In this document: positions 37,520 through 51,800 of the stretch, piece after piece
How the letters are laid out: the number at the start of each line of letters is the position of its first letter
How positions within the stretch are numbered: position 1 is the first letter of the stretch
Source: Saccostrea echinata
Lineage: Eukaryota
Direction of reading: 5' to 3'
DNA: 64,000 bases
Assembly: GCF_033153115.1 (NCBI RefSeq)
Contig: NW_026889754.1
Coordinates: forward strand, 12,152,001 to 12,216,000
Notes under the pieces: model-generated
Database searches by the model: none
Told to the model about the DNA's origin: nothing
Seen by the model: the letters and a program-made list of their open reading frames with translations, nothing else
Made by a program: the position numbers and the translations under genes

Positions 37520-38672
37520 TTCAAAAGCTGCTCTCTAACAGATTGTGAATGTGATTTAACACTGTGATTGTGTTATAGTTTTAATGTGTTTAATGTATTT
37601 TAATGGAAATATTTTAATGAAATTTTTCTGAAATGTATTTTAATATTTTTAACCATTTTTAAAAAACTGTAATGTGTTTTATGTATTTTAATATGAATAT
37701 TTTTATGACATGTAATATTTTAAATTGCTTTGGTTTGTTCAATAAAAACTAAAAATAGACTTTATTGTTTAAATGTCTAGTAATAAAATTCAATAAAAAT
37801 AGACTTTATTGTCAAAGTGAAATCGCCAAAAATAAATATACCTATTTCAGGATCAAATCGCAAAAATTTGCACCCGCATTAAAAACCAGTTATACGGTAG
37901 TACACAGCAAACTGTGCCACGTACATGTCACGTACGTTAAACGTATGTGATACGTACTTGACTTCACGTACGTATCACATGAAAAAATCACCACGTATGT
38001 TAAACGTACGTTTTCACACATATGAATATCATGCGTGACACGTACGTTTAACATACGTATTGACTACCATACGTTACACACGTGTTGCACACATACGTTA
38101 TTCATATGGTTCACGTATGAATAACGTACATGCAACGTGTGTGTAACGTATGTTTTTAGAAACATGCGTTTAACATGTTTGTTAAATGCACCGCTCATAT
38201 GATAAATGTATAAGTACCATACATGTGCCAAACCATGGTTAAACATATGTTTTGACCACCGAACATTCTTTTTCACATATATATTGTAAACATACGTGAA
38301 ACAAAAATGATGTGCAATTAAAATATTCATTTCATGCATTTGACATAATTTTCTTCAGGGGCTTATTTTCTTTTCATCTGTTGAATGATCCACATTTTGA
38401 AGGCACATATCTGGATATCCTTCACCTCAAATTTCCTGATCCTAATTGCTCTTTAGGCAATCACAACAAAAGACATATTCAAATTTAAGCCAAATTTAAT
38501 GTTGAGATGTTGAGATGTTAACATCAATTCATTCTTCTGCAATTCCCTTTCATCTGTAAAGAAAAAGAAAATATTAAATGAATTTGCATATGGAAAAACA
38601 CATAGTTTTTTTTTCAGAACATTATTATTTTCTACATATAACTCCTGGTTGATTCCCTTTAGAACTTAAACT

Positions 38673-40022
38673 AAACTAGAACTGTCCAATATGGACAAAT
38701 ACCCTCCAATGGGTTTTTCAGAGAAGATGCCAAGTCACTAATACTAGTATTTTAGGATCTAAAAGATGTTCAAAAATTGTTAATACATTTAGAGAGAAAA
38801 TTTCCCGGTAATTGCTTATTATATTTTTTTAATGAATGAAACTTTGGGATAGCCTAGTAAAACAGCAATACTAATAATAATATTGTTTTTTATTACATTG
38901 AAAAATTAATAACAATTTTTCAAGTATTTCTCTGTTGGAAAGTGTGGATGCATCATTTATCCATTTTTTCTACAGTATGTGACTATAGGTCAGGATCACG
39001 ACACACCCTCAGGTCATAAACAATCTTTGTGTGAAGTGGATACTCCCAACATCCAAAATTATTCTCCATAGGAAAGATACGGATCGAACACGAATTATGA
39101 ACTTTTTCTGTCAGTGACCTTGAATTTGTCCAAATGACCTTGGGTCAAGGTCATGACACACCTTCAGGTCATAAGCAATCTTTGTTTAAACACGAATTAT
39201 GATTTTTTTTCTGTCAGAGACCTTGAACTTGCCCAAATGACCTTAGGTCAAGGTGATGACACAACCGCGGCCATAAGAAATATTAATATAACATATGGTT
39301 TTGTTGTTCTTGAGCAGAAATTTTTAAAAAATTTTCCCTACATGTGCCTTTGTAAAAACTTGATCCCCAATTGTGGCCTCTCCCTACCCCAGGGTTCATG
39401 ATTTGAACAAAATTGAATCTACACTACCTGATGATGCTTTCATATAAACATGACTAATCATGGCTTTTCTGTTCTTGAGAAGATTTTTTTCCTATATATT
39501 CTTATGTAAAACTTTGATCTCCCATTATGGTCCAATCCTATCCCCAGAGGATCACGATTTAAACAAACTTGAATCTACACAGCCTGAGGATGCTTCCATT
39601 TCAAAATGACTATTCATGGCTTTGCTATTCCTGAGAAGAAGAATTTTAAAGTTTTTTTTTAAAATATTGATCCCCCACTGTGGCCCCTCCCTACCCCTGG
39701 GGGGTCATGATTTGAACAAACTTGAATCTTCACTACTTGATGATGCTTCCTTATCAATATGACTAAACAAGGCTTTGCTGTTCTTGAGAAGAAGATATTT
39801 TAAGATTTTTTCTTATATATTCCTATGTAAAACTTTGATCCCCCATTGTGGCCCCAACCTACCCCCGGGGCTCATGATTTAATCAAATTTGAATTTACAC
39901 GTTGACATACAAGGTTTCCTATAAGTTTCAACTTTTTTGGCCCAGTGGTTCTTGAGAAGAAGATTTTAAAACATCCCACTAAATTTTCACTATTTCTTAT
40001 CTCCCTTTTATTGAGTGTGTGG

Positions 40023-40063
<41 letters not shown>

Positions 40064-40173
40064 GTTTGTGGCAAGTTTGGTTGAAATAGGCCAGTGGTTC
40101 TGGAGAAGAAGTCAAAAATGTGAAAGTTTACAGACAGACAGACAGACTACAGACAAAATGTTATCAGCAAAAT

Positions 40174-40206
<33 letters not shown>
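38673..40206 (-). mobile_element. HINE (possibly two fused elements) with Cg170-like monomers
   Basis: 5' TTTTAGCTCACCTGAGCTGAAAGCTCAAGTGAG at ~40175-40206; (GACA)n; ~4 diverged 166-bp units at 39300-39960; a different GGTCAAGGTCATGAC repeat at 38985-39280; 3' hairpin TGTCCA..TGGACA. Confidence 0.75.
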
Positions 40207-40209
<3 letters not shown>

Positions 40210-41745
40210 GATAGCAATAGGTCATGATTGACTCAGTTTATCTAATTAGTTAAACATTTTTTTGTGATTACATTTAAGTCAGCTCAGGTGCAAAATATTG
40301 CTTATCACTGATATAAATACAACAGTAAAATTTTAGACATAACCCTATGTCTGACAATTAAATTCTATATAATAATAGAACTTACCCTCAGCATAAATCT
40401 TTCATAGCTTGGCATGGACCTATATGTTTTTGTGTCTGTTCGAAGTGTATATATACTTTTTGTCCTTGGGTAAAAAAAGAAAATATATGTTAAAGAAAAA
40501 TTGCATTTCAGACTTGTACAGCAAAACAAACAATATGAAAAATTACTTATTTTACTGATAACATTTAACATTTTCTCCTCTTGTGATAGAAATGTAATGC
40601 ACATCATTACATGATATTATATGTATTAAATTGCAAGTATAAAAGCAATGGGATCAGAAAATCTGATTTCTTTTTTAAGAGTATTACCATAATGCTGATT
40701 AAACTTTCAGAATCTGTTTTTGAAGTCCAGACTTGGCATTTAGGTGTTTACATAGGAGATGAGCTTCAGCCACCATCCTGGAGTGTACATTTAAAATCAC
40801 ATAAAAAAATCACAATCTCAAAATACATTATTTATATTCATAAGGACTGTATGAAAAAGACATCTGAAAAATAAGTGTTACACCCTTATTGCCCTAAAAG
40901 ATAATTTATATTTCCTCCACATGTTTTGTAAAGAAATACATTGGGTGGATGGAACTTTTTCCATCAAGGGTTTTATTGCATCTTATTGGTAGGCTAAAAA
41001 AATCTTGCAATAAATATTTTTTATAACAGTATGTTTTATACCTCACCTTAATTTTGATATAATGTGCCAGTGTTGATTCACACCTGGGCTGGGGTGCTGA
41101 CCAAGACAGTTGACTGCGTCAATATTTTCTTACTTATTTGGTAAACTAAGTTTACATTATGTTATACACTAAAATAAAAGAAACACACCCGTTAGTTTAC
41201 ATGCAACACAGTCTGAAATATAAAGTAAATAAATAACTGTTGATGTTATGTATATTCCTCACCGTTATTCCTAGCCTTACTCCAGACACTGTCTTGCAGA
41301 CGTCAGACTTCTTACCAGTGACGTCACCCGTTAACGTAAAAAATAATCGAGGTGAAAATTCCGGAACGTACATTTTGTTATACGGACGCTACCAACTGTA
41401 TAATTATGTAATATCTATCTAGGTGAATTCCATTTGAGTTCTGTTGTGAAATTATCGTGATTTTCTTTTTTTTTTTCAAATTCAGCTTTTGCTCCTGAAT
41501 TCGGAATGATTATATCTACCGATGATCGAGTCCAATTTTATGTGCCTCTACCGATATCCGATATACACATTACGAGATTGGTGAACTTGTATGTAGACTA
41601 TGTTACTGCTCTGAGAGTAAATTATTCACCAATGCCAAATGATTACTCCATGTCAGACATGCAAGTGGACGTAAGGTAAACAATGTGAAATAAATTGGAA
41701 CATTAAAGACGCAAAACACGCACAAGTCAACAATGCACACACCTG

Positions 41746-42871
41746 CAGAGCTCCAGATAATTTCTTACCTCAAAGTGTATTTACTCCCTGATTTTCAAAT
41801 CAATGCAGATCATGATTAAAGATTATTTTGTTAATATATAATGTTTTGATTTTGAGCTTGTTATCGAAATATAAGTGTTTAAGAAGAGGAAAGGAAAAAA
41901 AACTACAAAGGACAGTTCCGGCATTCATTTGAATAAATTTTAAAAATACCCATTAGACTTTTTGCTAAAACTGAGAAATGTTTTTTTTCTGAGAAGGAAG
42001 ATCATACAGTAGGTAAAGTAACCATAGGCACATAAAACTTTTCCTTTATTTAAGATGATATCGTAACAAGAGTAAACCGAGAGAAAAAAAAATCTTCATT
42101 AATATGGCAAGTTGAGAGAAATCAGATGAACCCATCATAAAAAACGTTGTGTACAAACCGTCCTACTAACCAGAAAACTCTAGAGAATCTAAGGGAACTC
42201 TTGATCGGTAAATTCAAATACATGTTATGCGTAATGTCCCTCTACAGCAATTTATTTATTTAATTGGTCTTGAAATTAAGTAGAGCTCGTTTTTTCGATA
42301 TGGTTTTAATATGGTCTTCATTGGGGGTTTTCCCCTTACACATCATGTCCTCTTTGATAACATTGCAGTACAAACATTTTTTCTCCAGCTAAGACTTTTT
42401 CCCTCCAACTATCGTTTGTTTTCTAGGTAACATTGTTTTCTTTACTTATGTATTACACTTGTTATACATGTTAATAACATCTTGCATAGACGACACAAGC
42501 TTTTGTGTGCTTAAAAGTAATGTAACTATGCCTAGTGCATAGTCTTTCTATTTAAAGATTTTAATCTAAATCTTTGATTCTTTCTCCAAAAATGGAAATC
42601 GACGTCGCCATTACTTGAATATTCCTGATTAATATAACGCTTTTACATCAGTATTTCGTTTTGAGAAAAATCAAACACTGAGTTAACCTCAATTCATATC
42701 GTTAGCTAAGTCGTACTTTTATTATTCAAACCGTCGCACGCAGTACTTTTGTGGTGTAATGCTTATCTACGATTGCTAATGCGTAACTGTACGCCCAGTT
42801 TTAATTTTCAATGCGTATTTTGTAAAATTCAATGCGTATTTCTGCAAATACGCACCTTATCTGGAGCTCTG
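41746..42871. mobile_element. MITE with perfect 15-bp TIRs and a 6-bp TSD
   Basis: CAGAGCTCCAGATAA..TTATCTGGAGCTCTG flanked by CACCTG at 41740-41745 and 42872-42877. Confidence 0.8.
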
Positions 42872-45130
42872 CACCTGTGAGCTTTCAGAGGTGATTGGAT
42901 TTTAATCATCATCATAGATCATCATATGATATTATTTTTTTGAAAAAAAAATAGTTAAATCTTTAAAATATATTGCAGTATAATGATTAAAATCCACGCA
43001 ACTTATGATCTAGGGTCCCGTTTTAAGAGGGATTTTATACTTGGCCCAAGTTGGTCGCAATACTCTGTTTCATGAATTACAGGTTATTGATCAGGTCCGG
43101 CACAATCTCTTGATTAAGCTATATAGCTTGATTTAGCTATATAGCTTTATTAAGCTATTCGGAAGAGCTTGATTTAGCTATTTTATCCCACTTTTTTCTC
43201 AAATAGTTATTTTCCAAGTATGTACAAAAAGTCGCACCTAGGTGCAGTGATGATATTCAACCTTGAACTCTTATGAAAATAATGCATGTAAAATCACTCA
43301 TCAAACTGCGTCTCCTTAAGAGACTTTGTACTCAAAGTTCTAAAAGTTTTGGGGGCTATATAAAGCAATTGATACAGTTACCTCTTCAATGAAATTATAA
43401 AGGAGGCCAATTATGGTCAACAAGATAATTGATTGGTAATAATTCAGTACAATGAGAAGCAATCATACTTATCCATGCCTCAACTCACACAAGGTAGTGT
43501 GCAGTTACCTTAACAATGGAAATTCATCTTTTGCTTAAGAGTATTCAAATGCTGCAATGTTAGAACTATCTCTGATTTGGGTTGTTGATTTGATAACCCA
43601 TATTACATATATGAATAGTCAAATACTTGCGACTTTTTGTCTATTTTGTACAAATAACATTTTTGTGAAAACCTGCATATAAATAGCTTTATCAAGCTAT
43701 TTTGAATAGCTTAAGAAAGCTAGATAGCTATTTTAAGCTTTATGTTGATTGTTTAAGATTATATTGATTAGTTCTCCAAATTCACTCTGAACTATTAAGT
43801 AAAAAAAAAAAGTATTTGGTCTGAGGTGTACTTTTGTACAAAAAGTTCCTGTTACAGTATTTGAAAATGTCACCAATTTAAGAATAAAATATAGTCCCAG
43901 CAACAATAAAACTTTTAGGGATTTTTTTCACTTATTAACAAAACTTAAATAATAATTGTAGTTATTAATTAAACGACATTGAAATAAACAAAAATATAAA
44001 GGATTGAATTCAATTATAGTTGACCTACATTTATCGTACATGTATGTAAAAGTACCATTAATATAGAAAATATACAGCCTTTTCAAACACAGCCAGCTTT
44101 TCACACACATGTAAAACAATTTTTATTAACCTACATGTAACATAGCTGATAACACTCATACTTGTCATTAACGTACATGTAATGTGTGGTTTTTAATGCA
44201 TGTAGACCATGCATATATTAACGTATGTGTAACGTGTGGTTGATAATAAATGTAAACCCTATGTGTGAAATATGTGTAATGTGTGGTTTATAATACACAT
44301 GTAAACCGTACGTTTATTAACGTATGTGTAACGTATGGTTGACAATACATATGTAAACCACGTGTTCATTAACGTATGTGTAACGTGTGGTTGACAATAC
44401 ACATGTAAACCATGCGTTTATAAACGTACGTGTAACGTGTGGTAGCACATACCATATGTAACACGTACGTGAAACGTACGTAACACGTACGTGTATTCCA
44501 ACCGTACGTTTCACGTACGTTATGTGAAACGTATGATGTCACACGCATGTTATCCATACGTTATACCACGTACGTGTAACGTGCGGTTGGAATATACGTA
44601 TGTGTTACGTATGTTTCACATATGTGTAACATATGGTATGTGCTACCATACGTTACACATACGTGGCACAATTAGCTGTGTAGCCATATTTTCTATAGTA
44701 TACTATAAATCGGCAAAATTATTGGGGAGGCCCCCCCCCCCCCGGTTCCTACGGCAATGTTTGAGTCAAAATTATGGTAAACAAAAAACAATGACTTTTT
44801 AAAAAAGAAACGAAATTCGCGTTTTGTGCTTTTGTAAACACAAGTAACATAAACAAAATATTACATAAAAATTATAAATATTTATTAATTTTATTTTGAT
44901 AGTCTACAGTTGTAATTTATGACAGAACTCGTTATTTTGCCAACCTCGTTATAATGCCAAAAATTGCCTTGGACAAAAGTTGGCAATATACGGAGGTAGC
45001 ACTGTGCTCGTCCCCACGATCATTTAAAATAAACGCAAATCACGAAAATTGTTTCCCACGAGTTAAATGATTCGACAGCATTGGTTTAGGGCCATCTAAT
45101 TATAGTGTATTGGTTTGGACGTGGATATCG

Positions 45131-45203
45131 GCCTGGATAGCTCAGTCGGTAGAGCACCTGACTAGTGATGCAGAGGTCCCGGGTTCGATTCCCAGTCCAG
45201 CCA
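45131..45203 (+). pseudogene. tRNA-like sequence (Thr-AGT-like loop), probably inside the LTR of a TRIM
   Basis: A box TAGCTCAGTCGGTAGAGC and B box GGTTCGATTCC; mismatches in the acceptor and anticodon stems; followed by ..TGTTACA (45227) and PBS-like TGGTGCCGTTGACC. Confidence 0.65.
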
Positions 45204-46240
45204 CACATTTTCTCATTTCCTGTTACAGATCTGGTGCCGTTGACCATCTCTGGAATTGCAGGTGAAAGTCCTGCCAGGGGCTAATAAGAACTTGAATGTG
45301 CAGTGCAGTAGTGATGTAGTGCAGGCATTTTTATAAATTTCACGGGTCAAAACAATGCTTATGATGTTTCTTTGTTTCAGATAGATACAACAACTGCTAG
45401 CTGAAACCTTACTAGTACCTTCCCAAGTAACTGCAAGCCCTATCAGACTAAAATTGCATAAATGTTGCATCTAGGGATGCACACAACTAGATTATTAGCT
45501 TCGTGTGGGACTTTGCCTTACTTAAAGACAACATTCGTTGAAGTGAGCTCAATAATCTCTGATTACTTATGTTTACTAGCTTAGGGACTCCTCCGTGCAG
45601 AAAAACCACTAGCCCGACGCTAAAAAAATAATAGCCCCTGGCGTCGGGTAATGCCAATTAAACATCCCTGCAAAAATTGAGGAATTAACGTCCTCTAATA
45701 ATGTAAAAAGATAAACCAGTTTTTATTTTTAAAAAATAATATTTTGAAGAAAAAAAACAATTAGCGACTATCGATTTTAAAGGTTTCTATTGATTGACGC
45801 TGACGTGCTGCCTTAAGCGACGATTTTTGCGACTATCGTAACAATACTAGACTAAGTCCCTTTATTATATAAAGATAAGACTGAGTGATACGCACGGGTG
45901 AAATCTAACAATACATATTTTATAGGTATCATCGCACCTCTACTTTGTGGCAGAATTAAATGCAAGATATAGACGTTTATTTATCAATTAAGCTTAAAAA
46001 ATACCAAAACCTATGTGTTAGTGATTGATCCCTATACCCGCGTAATTACGAAGACGGTCAACATCTCCGCTATATTAATTACTGCTTTTATGTTTGCAAG
46101 GACACAGAAAGAGTTACCAAATCTAGTCAAAGGTACCTGTAATATATCAACTAAATTGAGATATCAGTAATATTTCAATTTATCCTTATCAATTTTTGAA
46201 GAATTATTCACTCTTATGTTGAATTCGTAATATATTAATA

Positions 46241-46330
46241 GAAGCTCTTCACCAGTATATGTTGAGTCTCTATATGAGTGAAAAATTCTCGAATGGAACG
46301 TAAAACAACATACAATCAATCAATCAATCA
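46241..46330 (+). mobile_element. 3' tail fragment of the SINE family
   Basis: ATATGAGTGAAAAATTCTCGA..ACGTAAAACAACA plus (CAAT)n; aligns with 8327-8400. Confidence 0.65.
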
Positions 46331-47573
46331 AAAATTGCATAAATTTGTCGTGTTTTCTTTTTTCGCTTTATTTTTAAAATTATTAAATGAAAGTTTCAAT
46401 GCTTGTGAGATTGTAGATAATTGTAGAATTTTAAGTAATGTAAACATTTTTTTGGAAATTAAATATTACTGAAGATTATCATGCTTCAGATTTAGTTTCT
46501 TATTTTTAAATTATTGCTTAAATATTTCACAGCTCACGAAGCATACAGAGATTTGAATGTCCTTATATGCAAGAAGTTTTGAACTTTTTGAATTATACTG
46601 TGTATTTAAAAATGTACTGTGCCATTCATTACGTGTTGCATTGTCAAGTTTGGGGAAGCGTGGGGTATGTGAGCTTGCTCACTTTTTCTTTTATTGAAAG
46701 ATAATTTATAATTTATTTTTCACATATATGTTAAGGTATGTGAAAAGGAAAAAAAGCTTCCCACATGATTCCAACTCTCTCCAAACCCCACGGTTAGGCG
46801 TAAGACTGAACGCGTTCTTCTCTTTAAATTATATCTATCTTCATAATTAAACTTGAATGAACTGTTATCTTTCTGTGATTATCTTTCTCCTCTGCGTGGC
46901 GCAAAAGATTTTCCGTCCTCGCGATCAAGGAGACGAACTCCGACTTCCACCGGAGGAAATTCAAGAACAATTCACCAACTCCGTAGATCTAGCAGAATTA
47001 GAAGAAGACCAAACCGCCTGTCATTTTAAGATGTACATGTATAAAAGCGTTTATAAGACAAACAGAAGCTCTAGATTTTTTAAATGTGGTGTATGTGAAT
47101 TTTTAATCTGCGAAATTCACAGTGTACCATTTGAAAGAAAAAAAAAAGAAGTCTTAAAAAATAAGTATAAATGTTTTCTTTTTTCCTTTCTCGATGCTAA
47201 TTACTAACAGACATACCCTCTTGAGTTCGCACCATAGGGGAAATGTCACGCAAACATTTGTATTTTTATGAAGTAATAAATCCGTCGAGGAATTGTTCTT
47301 TTCATTGTTTACACCATGAATCAAACTGGAGGGGGAAAAGAAACCAAATATTGTTGTCAGTCTTGAAGCATATTAAGACCTTACGCATAACAGATACTAA
47401 TGAGCAAAGTGGTGGCAAGTTTTAAAATAGACTTAAAATAAAGTTCTCATATCCATAGAGACAAGTTCTGTAAAAATTAAGAACTTTGTATATAATCTCA
47501 GGAGTTTATCAAATAAGACATTCATTGTCTTGAATTTACCTACTATGGCTGTTACACTCTATAAAAGCGAACA

Positions 47574-48031
47574 TGGAGAGGGAAGAGTGGCGCGAGTTCT
47601 CAGAGGCGAAAATGAATTTCAAGTACGGTAGACCTAAGAATTTTCTGCGATGACGACGAACCAAATGAAAAAGGACAATGTCCATCTCTGAGCAGATGGA
47701 AAAATCTGCTAAATGATATTGGAGAGATTGAAGAAGTGATCGAAAAAATGAAGGATCAGAAGAAAATCAGCTTCCATTTCCATTTAGGAGGAATGTCTAT
47801 GTAAGCATAGGCAGCCCATACTCCTGCGTAAACATCAGAAAGTTCAAGAATGGTACTATTCCAACTCTTGATGGACTTTCAGTAAATCCCTGCAATGGGA
47901 ACACCTAGTGACAATCCTTGATGAGGTAAACTTTCGCATTCCCACAGGAAACAGTCATTCCTTGTCAATTATCTGAGGACCACCAAAACCAGCTAGGGAT
48001 GCTAAGGTGCAAGGAATGCAACCCATACTAG
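47574..48031 (+). pseudogene. Tandem PC4/Sub1-like ssDNA-binding protein with a C-terminal Cys/His motif, intronless and frameshifted (probably viral/Polinton-like)
   Basis: VDLRIF..NEKG..SLSRWKNL, HLGG/NVYVSIGSPYSCVNIRKF..IPTLDGLS..QWEHL and PCQLSEDHQNQLGMLRCKECNP*. Confidence 0.55.
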
Positions 48032-48590
48032 TGGGAGAAGTACTGCTGATTTCGAACGATTCATAGACGCTTTAAAGAGAGAAAAAACCAAGAAAAGACT
48101 TATTTTGGTGAAAACAAAGTGCGTATTGTATATCTACAAACAGGGAGTATTTTTTATAGATGTCTTTATTTGAATGTGCATGCATGTGGTTATAATAAAA
48201 GAAGATACAGATGTACGATTTCATTCACTTTTTAAGCGCTAAGCGCATGCGCAAGCGCTTGTTAGGGGGAGTCTTCATATACAGGAAGTCTTCCAATCAA
48301 CTACCCCTATCGGCATTATGATCTTCTATTCATGGCATCTCAAATTCCGATAGGGTGCATTTTCTACGCAGTACAGTTAAGGCAACATTTTCTATAAAAA
48401 GGCACCAAAAACGAGACACTTAAAGTTCAACCGTCTTATTTTTTAGCATGAAACTCTATCTAAAATATCTTAATGGCTTTATGAAGAGTTTGTCCATCGC
48501 TTTTCATATCGGTATTTTTTGTCATCATGTGAGCCTCTAAAGTCACGTGAGCTCCGATTTCAGGTCAGAGTATGAAATGTCAAATTTAAC

Positions 48591-48894
48591 CAAAAAGTGC
48601 AAGGGCAAGGCAAACAATATTTGAACTGCACAAGGTTTCATTGTGTCCCTTGGTATCTATCCTATCGAAAAACTGATGCTCATTCAGTCAGATTTCTGAG
48701 ATATTTAAGTTATCCATTGAAAACAAACACCAGTATTCAAAAATAGGGTATTTTTCATCATTTAATCGGAAATTTTAAATTGCTTAATGAATTACAAAGA
48801 AATGAGCATCACTTTTTAAAAACTATACAGTAAAATAAAGAATTTAAAATAAAAACCTACTTCTTGGGTTGTCGCCTTGCCCTTGCACTTTTTG
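48591..48894. repeat. Perfect 21-bp inverted repeat ~260 bp apart (MITE-internal)
   Basis: CAAAAAGTGCAAGGGCAAGGC at 48591-48611 and its reverse complement at 48874-48894. Confidence 0.7.
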
Positions 48895-51800
48895 ATTAAA
48901 AATTGAAATCTTAACACATTCATTCTAAATATAGTTTTCAAACGCATCATTGACCCAGCATGGGAGATAACTCTGTGGTACTTAGTAGAGTTTGTGTACC
49001 TCGCAAATTTTAAACAAAGACCTACGGACTGCGCTGGGCTTTATTTCACTAAATCAAAACGGTATGCATAAAAAAATCTTTGACTTTACTTTGTTTTGTA
49101 TATCTTCGTTCTTTTATACGCTACACAAGACGTATTTAACACCTACCGCATTTCCTCCGTTCGCCTACAATTTGCCGCAACATCATGCAAATAAATTGGA
49201 AAATACCCATGGTTAAAAATATTGAAAGATTCAGTCACTTGTAATAAAAATAAAAAATAGACAGCCCCTATCAATGATTAAACATTTATTCTTCCTCAGT
49301 AGACACACAGAAAAAATATCTCCAACAGAACTTAGTAGTTTTGTTTTGTTTTTTTTCATATGTGATTATTTTAGTTATCAAACCTTCAACTGTTTATGGA
49401 TTCTAGACTACGTTAAAAGTTTTAAGAACAGAAGGAAGGGATTGGGGTGCTTACATGTACTCCTGTATTTAATAAACCTGTTTTCCTTTCTATAGATCTA
49501 AACCCCCCCCCCCCCTACCAGTTTGCCTCTGGCTCCTTTGATACCATATACTTACTGGCATGTTAAAAATAAATTATTAAACAGTGTTTACATCAGGTTT
49601 TACTTATTTGGGTATTGTAGCACAAATCATATCGGCGTGGGGGGGGGGGGGGGGGGGGCTTTAGTCTCACGTTTTTGAGTAATTATCAATCAACGCGCAA
49701 ACAAGATAATCATAGTAAAAACTTTGTAATACAGAAACGGATACTCTGTTAAAGAACAGGTGAACACAATATACATGCTGAAATTTAGATCTTGTTGTAC
49801 CCCAAAACACAGACAGGCGCACACCAGAATGGAAGTGAAATGTACGCAGAGAACGGCTGGGGTCCGCTTTGAGACCCCCAGTGGGTCCAGATGAGGGCCC
49901 AGGGGCGAAGTCCATGGAAGCTCATGGTTTTTACCAAATATTTCATTCAAAATCATGCCATTTCGATTTTCTTTAGAAAATTCAAGACATTGTAATATTG
50001 TTTTTAACACAAAGTTAAATACTTCATGGTAAAATAGAATTTGAATTTGAATCGAAACAGTATGAGATAAAATAATTTGAAACAGAAATATTTGCTGGAT
50101 GGTATTGATATTTTTTCTCTTCTAACAAATCTCTCCCTCCCCCCCCCCTTTTTTTAAATTTGTAAACGATGTGTATTTGCGTATAAGCAGCTACTGTACG
50201 CGCCTGTCAGAATACATGCAAGTAAAGATACTCAAATCTTAACAGCCTTCAAACTTTCACACCATTGTACTGTTAAAAATTCAAAGTATTAGTTGTCTAG
50301 AAAATTTATTTAATTAAAAACAGCCTTTCAAATTCAAAGACAAGCTGTGAAGGGATTTCTGAGCAGGTGCAAATATTTTAAACAGTCCGCAGTTCAAACA
50401 GTTCTGGATGAAATCAATTCTGAAAACAAAATGAAATACCATTATGGAAGATTCATTGGTGTTTTTAAAAAGTGATACTCAAAACAATGCATTGAGTAAC
50501 ATGGAAAGCATATACATGACTCTACTGTTTTTATTATCAAAACATTACAATAATCTTGCTAGGAATATGTATGGTTTAGAGCTTATATGGAGCATACCTT
50601 TTTATTTTATTGGTGGAAACACTTGCTGCCTGAATGAATTGTTCAAATTGTTTGGGAGTAGCTACAACACAATATATATGTAATGAGTGAAAAACATAAT
50701 GATTACTATTGTAGAATGAAATGACATTGCATTGTACAAAACAACCCATGCTATACTATATTTTCTGAAATTCATAAAATAAATGGAAACAAACTTTTGA
50801 TACAAAACTTTTCTGGGAAATTGAAACCTATGACATTTGCAAAAGTAGATTTGGTAGCTATACTTAATTTAAGTAAAAAAAAAATCAATATACTAGAGAT
50901 AACATTTAATTCTTTCACCTATACAACATTTAAAAAAAAATATTTAACACTGGCATACTATAAAATTAATGTGAAATGCTTTAGTGTGATCATACCCAGT
51001 GGAGAAATTGATGCATCTCTTTTGATAGTTCTAGCTGATGTAAATGCTAGTTTTAACCAGTTCTGTGACAGCTACAATGACAAAAGAATTATACATATAA
51101 ACAGTACATAAATACATGTATATACATATCAGACTGACTTAATGTACATGTAGTCAGACAAATGAAAATTCAAACATTTTATCTTCATTAATGTAGAAAT
51201 TCTACAAATTTACAGCCTAGTGATATAGATAGTAAAAGTTCTATGATGAATTTAAAAATATGAAGCACTGGTAAAAACTGAAATCTTAAAATTCACATAT
51301 TTTTGATTGCCAGAGGTAAAAATTAAAATTTATAGGGTCTTATACTCTTGTATGTACAGTGCACATACATTGTACACTGTGCAGTTTGACTTCACAAATA
51401 CACTGTAAGTGTGACTGCATCTAAATTATACTATTTGATATCATGACGTGCTGTGCTTATATTATGTTACATGTTTGTACATGTATGCCAAAGGACAACA
51501 TCATTGCATATTTAAAAGTGTGCAACTTTCATAATGTGTGTGTTTTTGTGTATGTGTGTGTGGGGGGGGGGGGTACACACAAGGCACTGCATTGCAGTTT
51601 GTGAAGGACTGTAACAATACATCTTATTGTACATGTTCAAGGTTATTTTACATCGATGTAAAGAATAGTATGTCTACATGTTAATGCCTATGCAGATACA
51701 CACCTTAATGAACAGAAAGGGACCTAGGGAGGTAGTGCGGATCGTCTCAGTTTTCCATGATTTCCCGAAATAACGTCATCATCTTCTCATCAAAAAGATA

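Larger units (their letters stand above)
37903..44680. mobile_element. 6.8-kb non-autonomous EnSpm/CMC-type element with ACGT-rich subterminal repeats and nested insertions
   Basis: TIRs CACAGCAAACTGTGCCACGTA versus CACAGCTAATTGTGCCACGTA (reverse complement); TA on both flanks; ACGTACGT/CATACGT-rich blocks at 37903-38300 and 44150-44680. Confidence 0.7.

Noticed and set aside
45131-45203. Functional tRNA-Thr gene
   Set aside because: Mismatched acceptor and anticodon stems and an LTR/PBS-like downstream context.
49814-50206. CAGGCGC-ended hAT-like MITE (similar start at 27361)
   Set aside because: The TIR is short and imperfect with no TSD; likely a real repeat, but its boundaries are not supportable.
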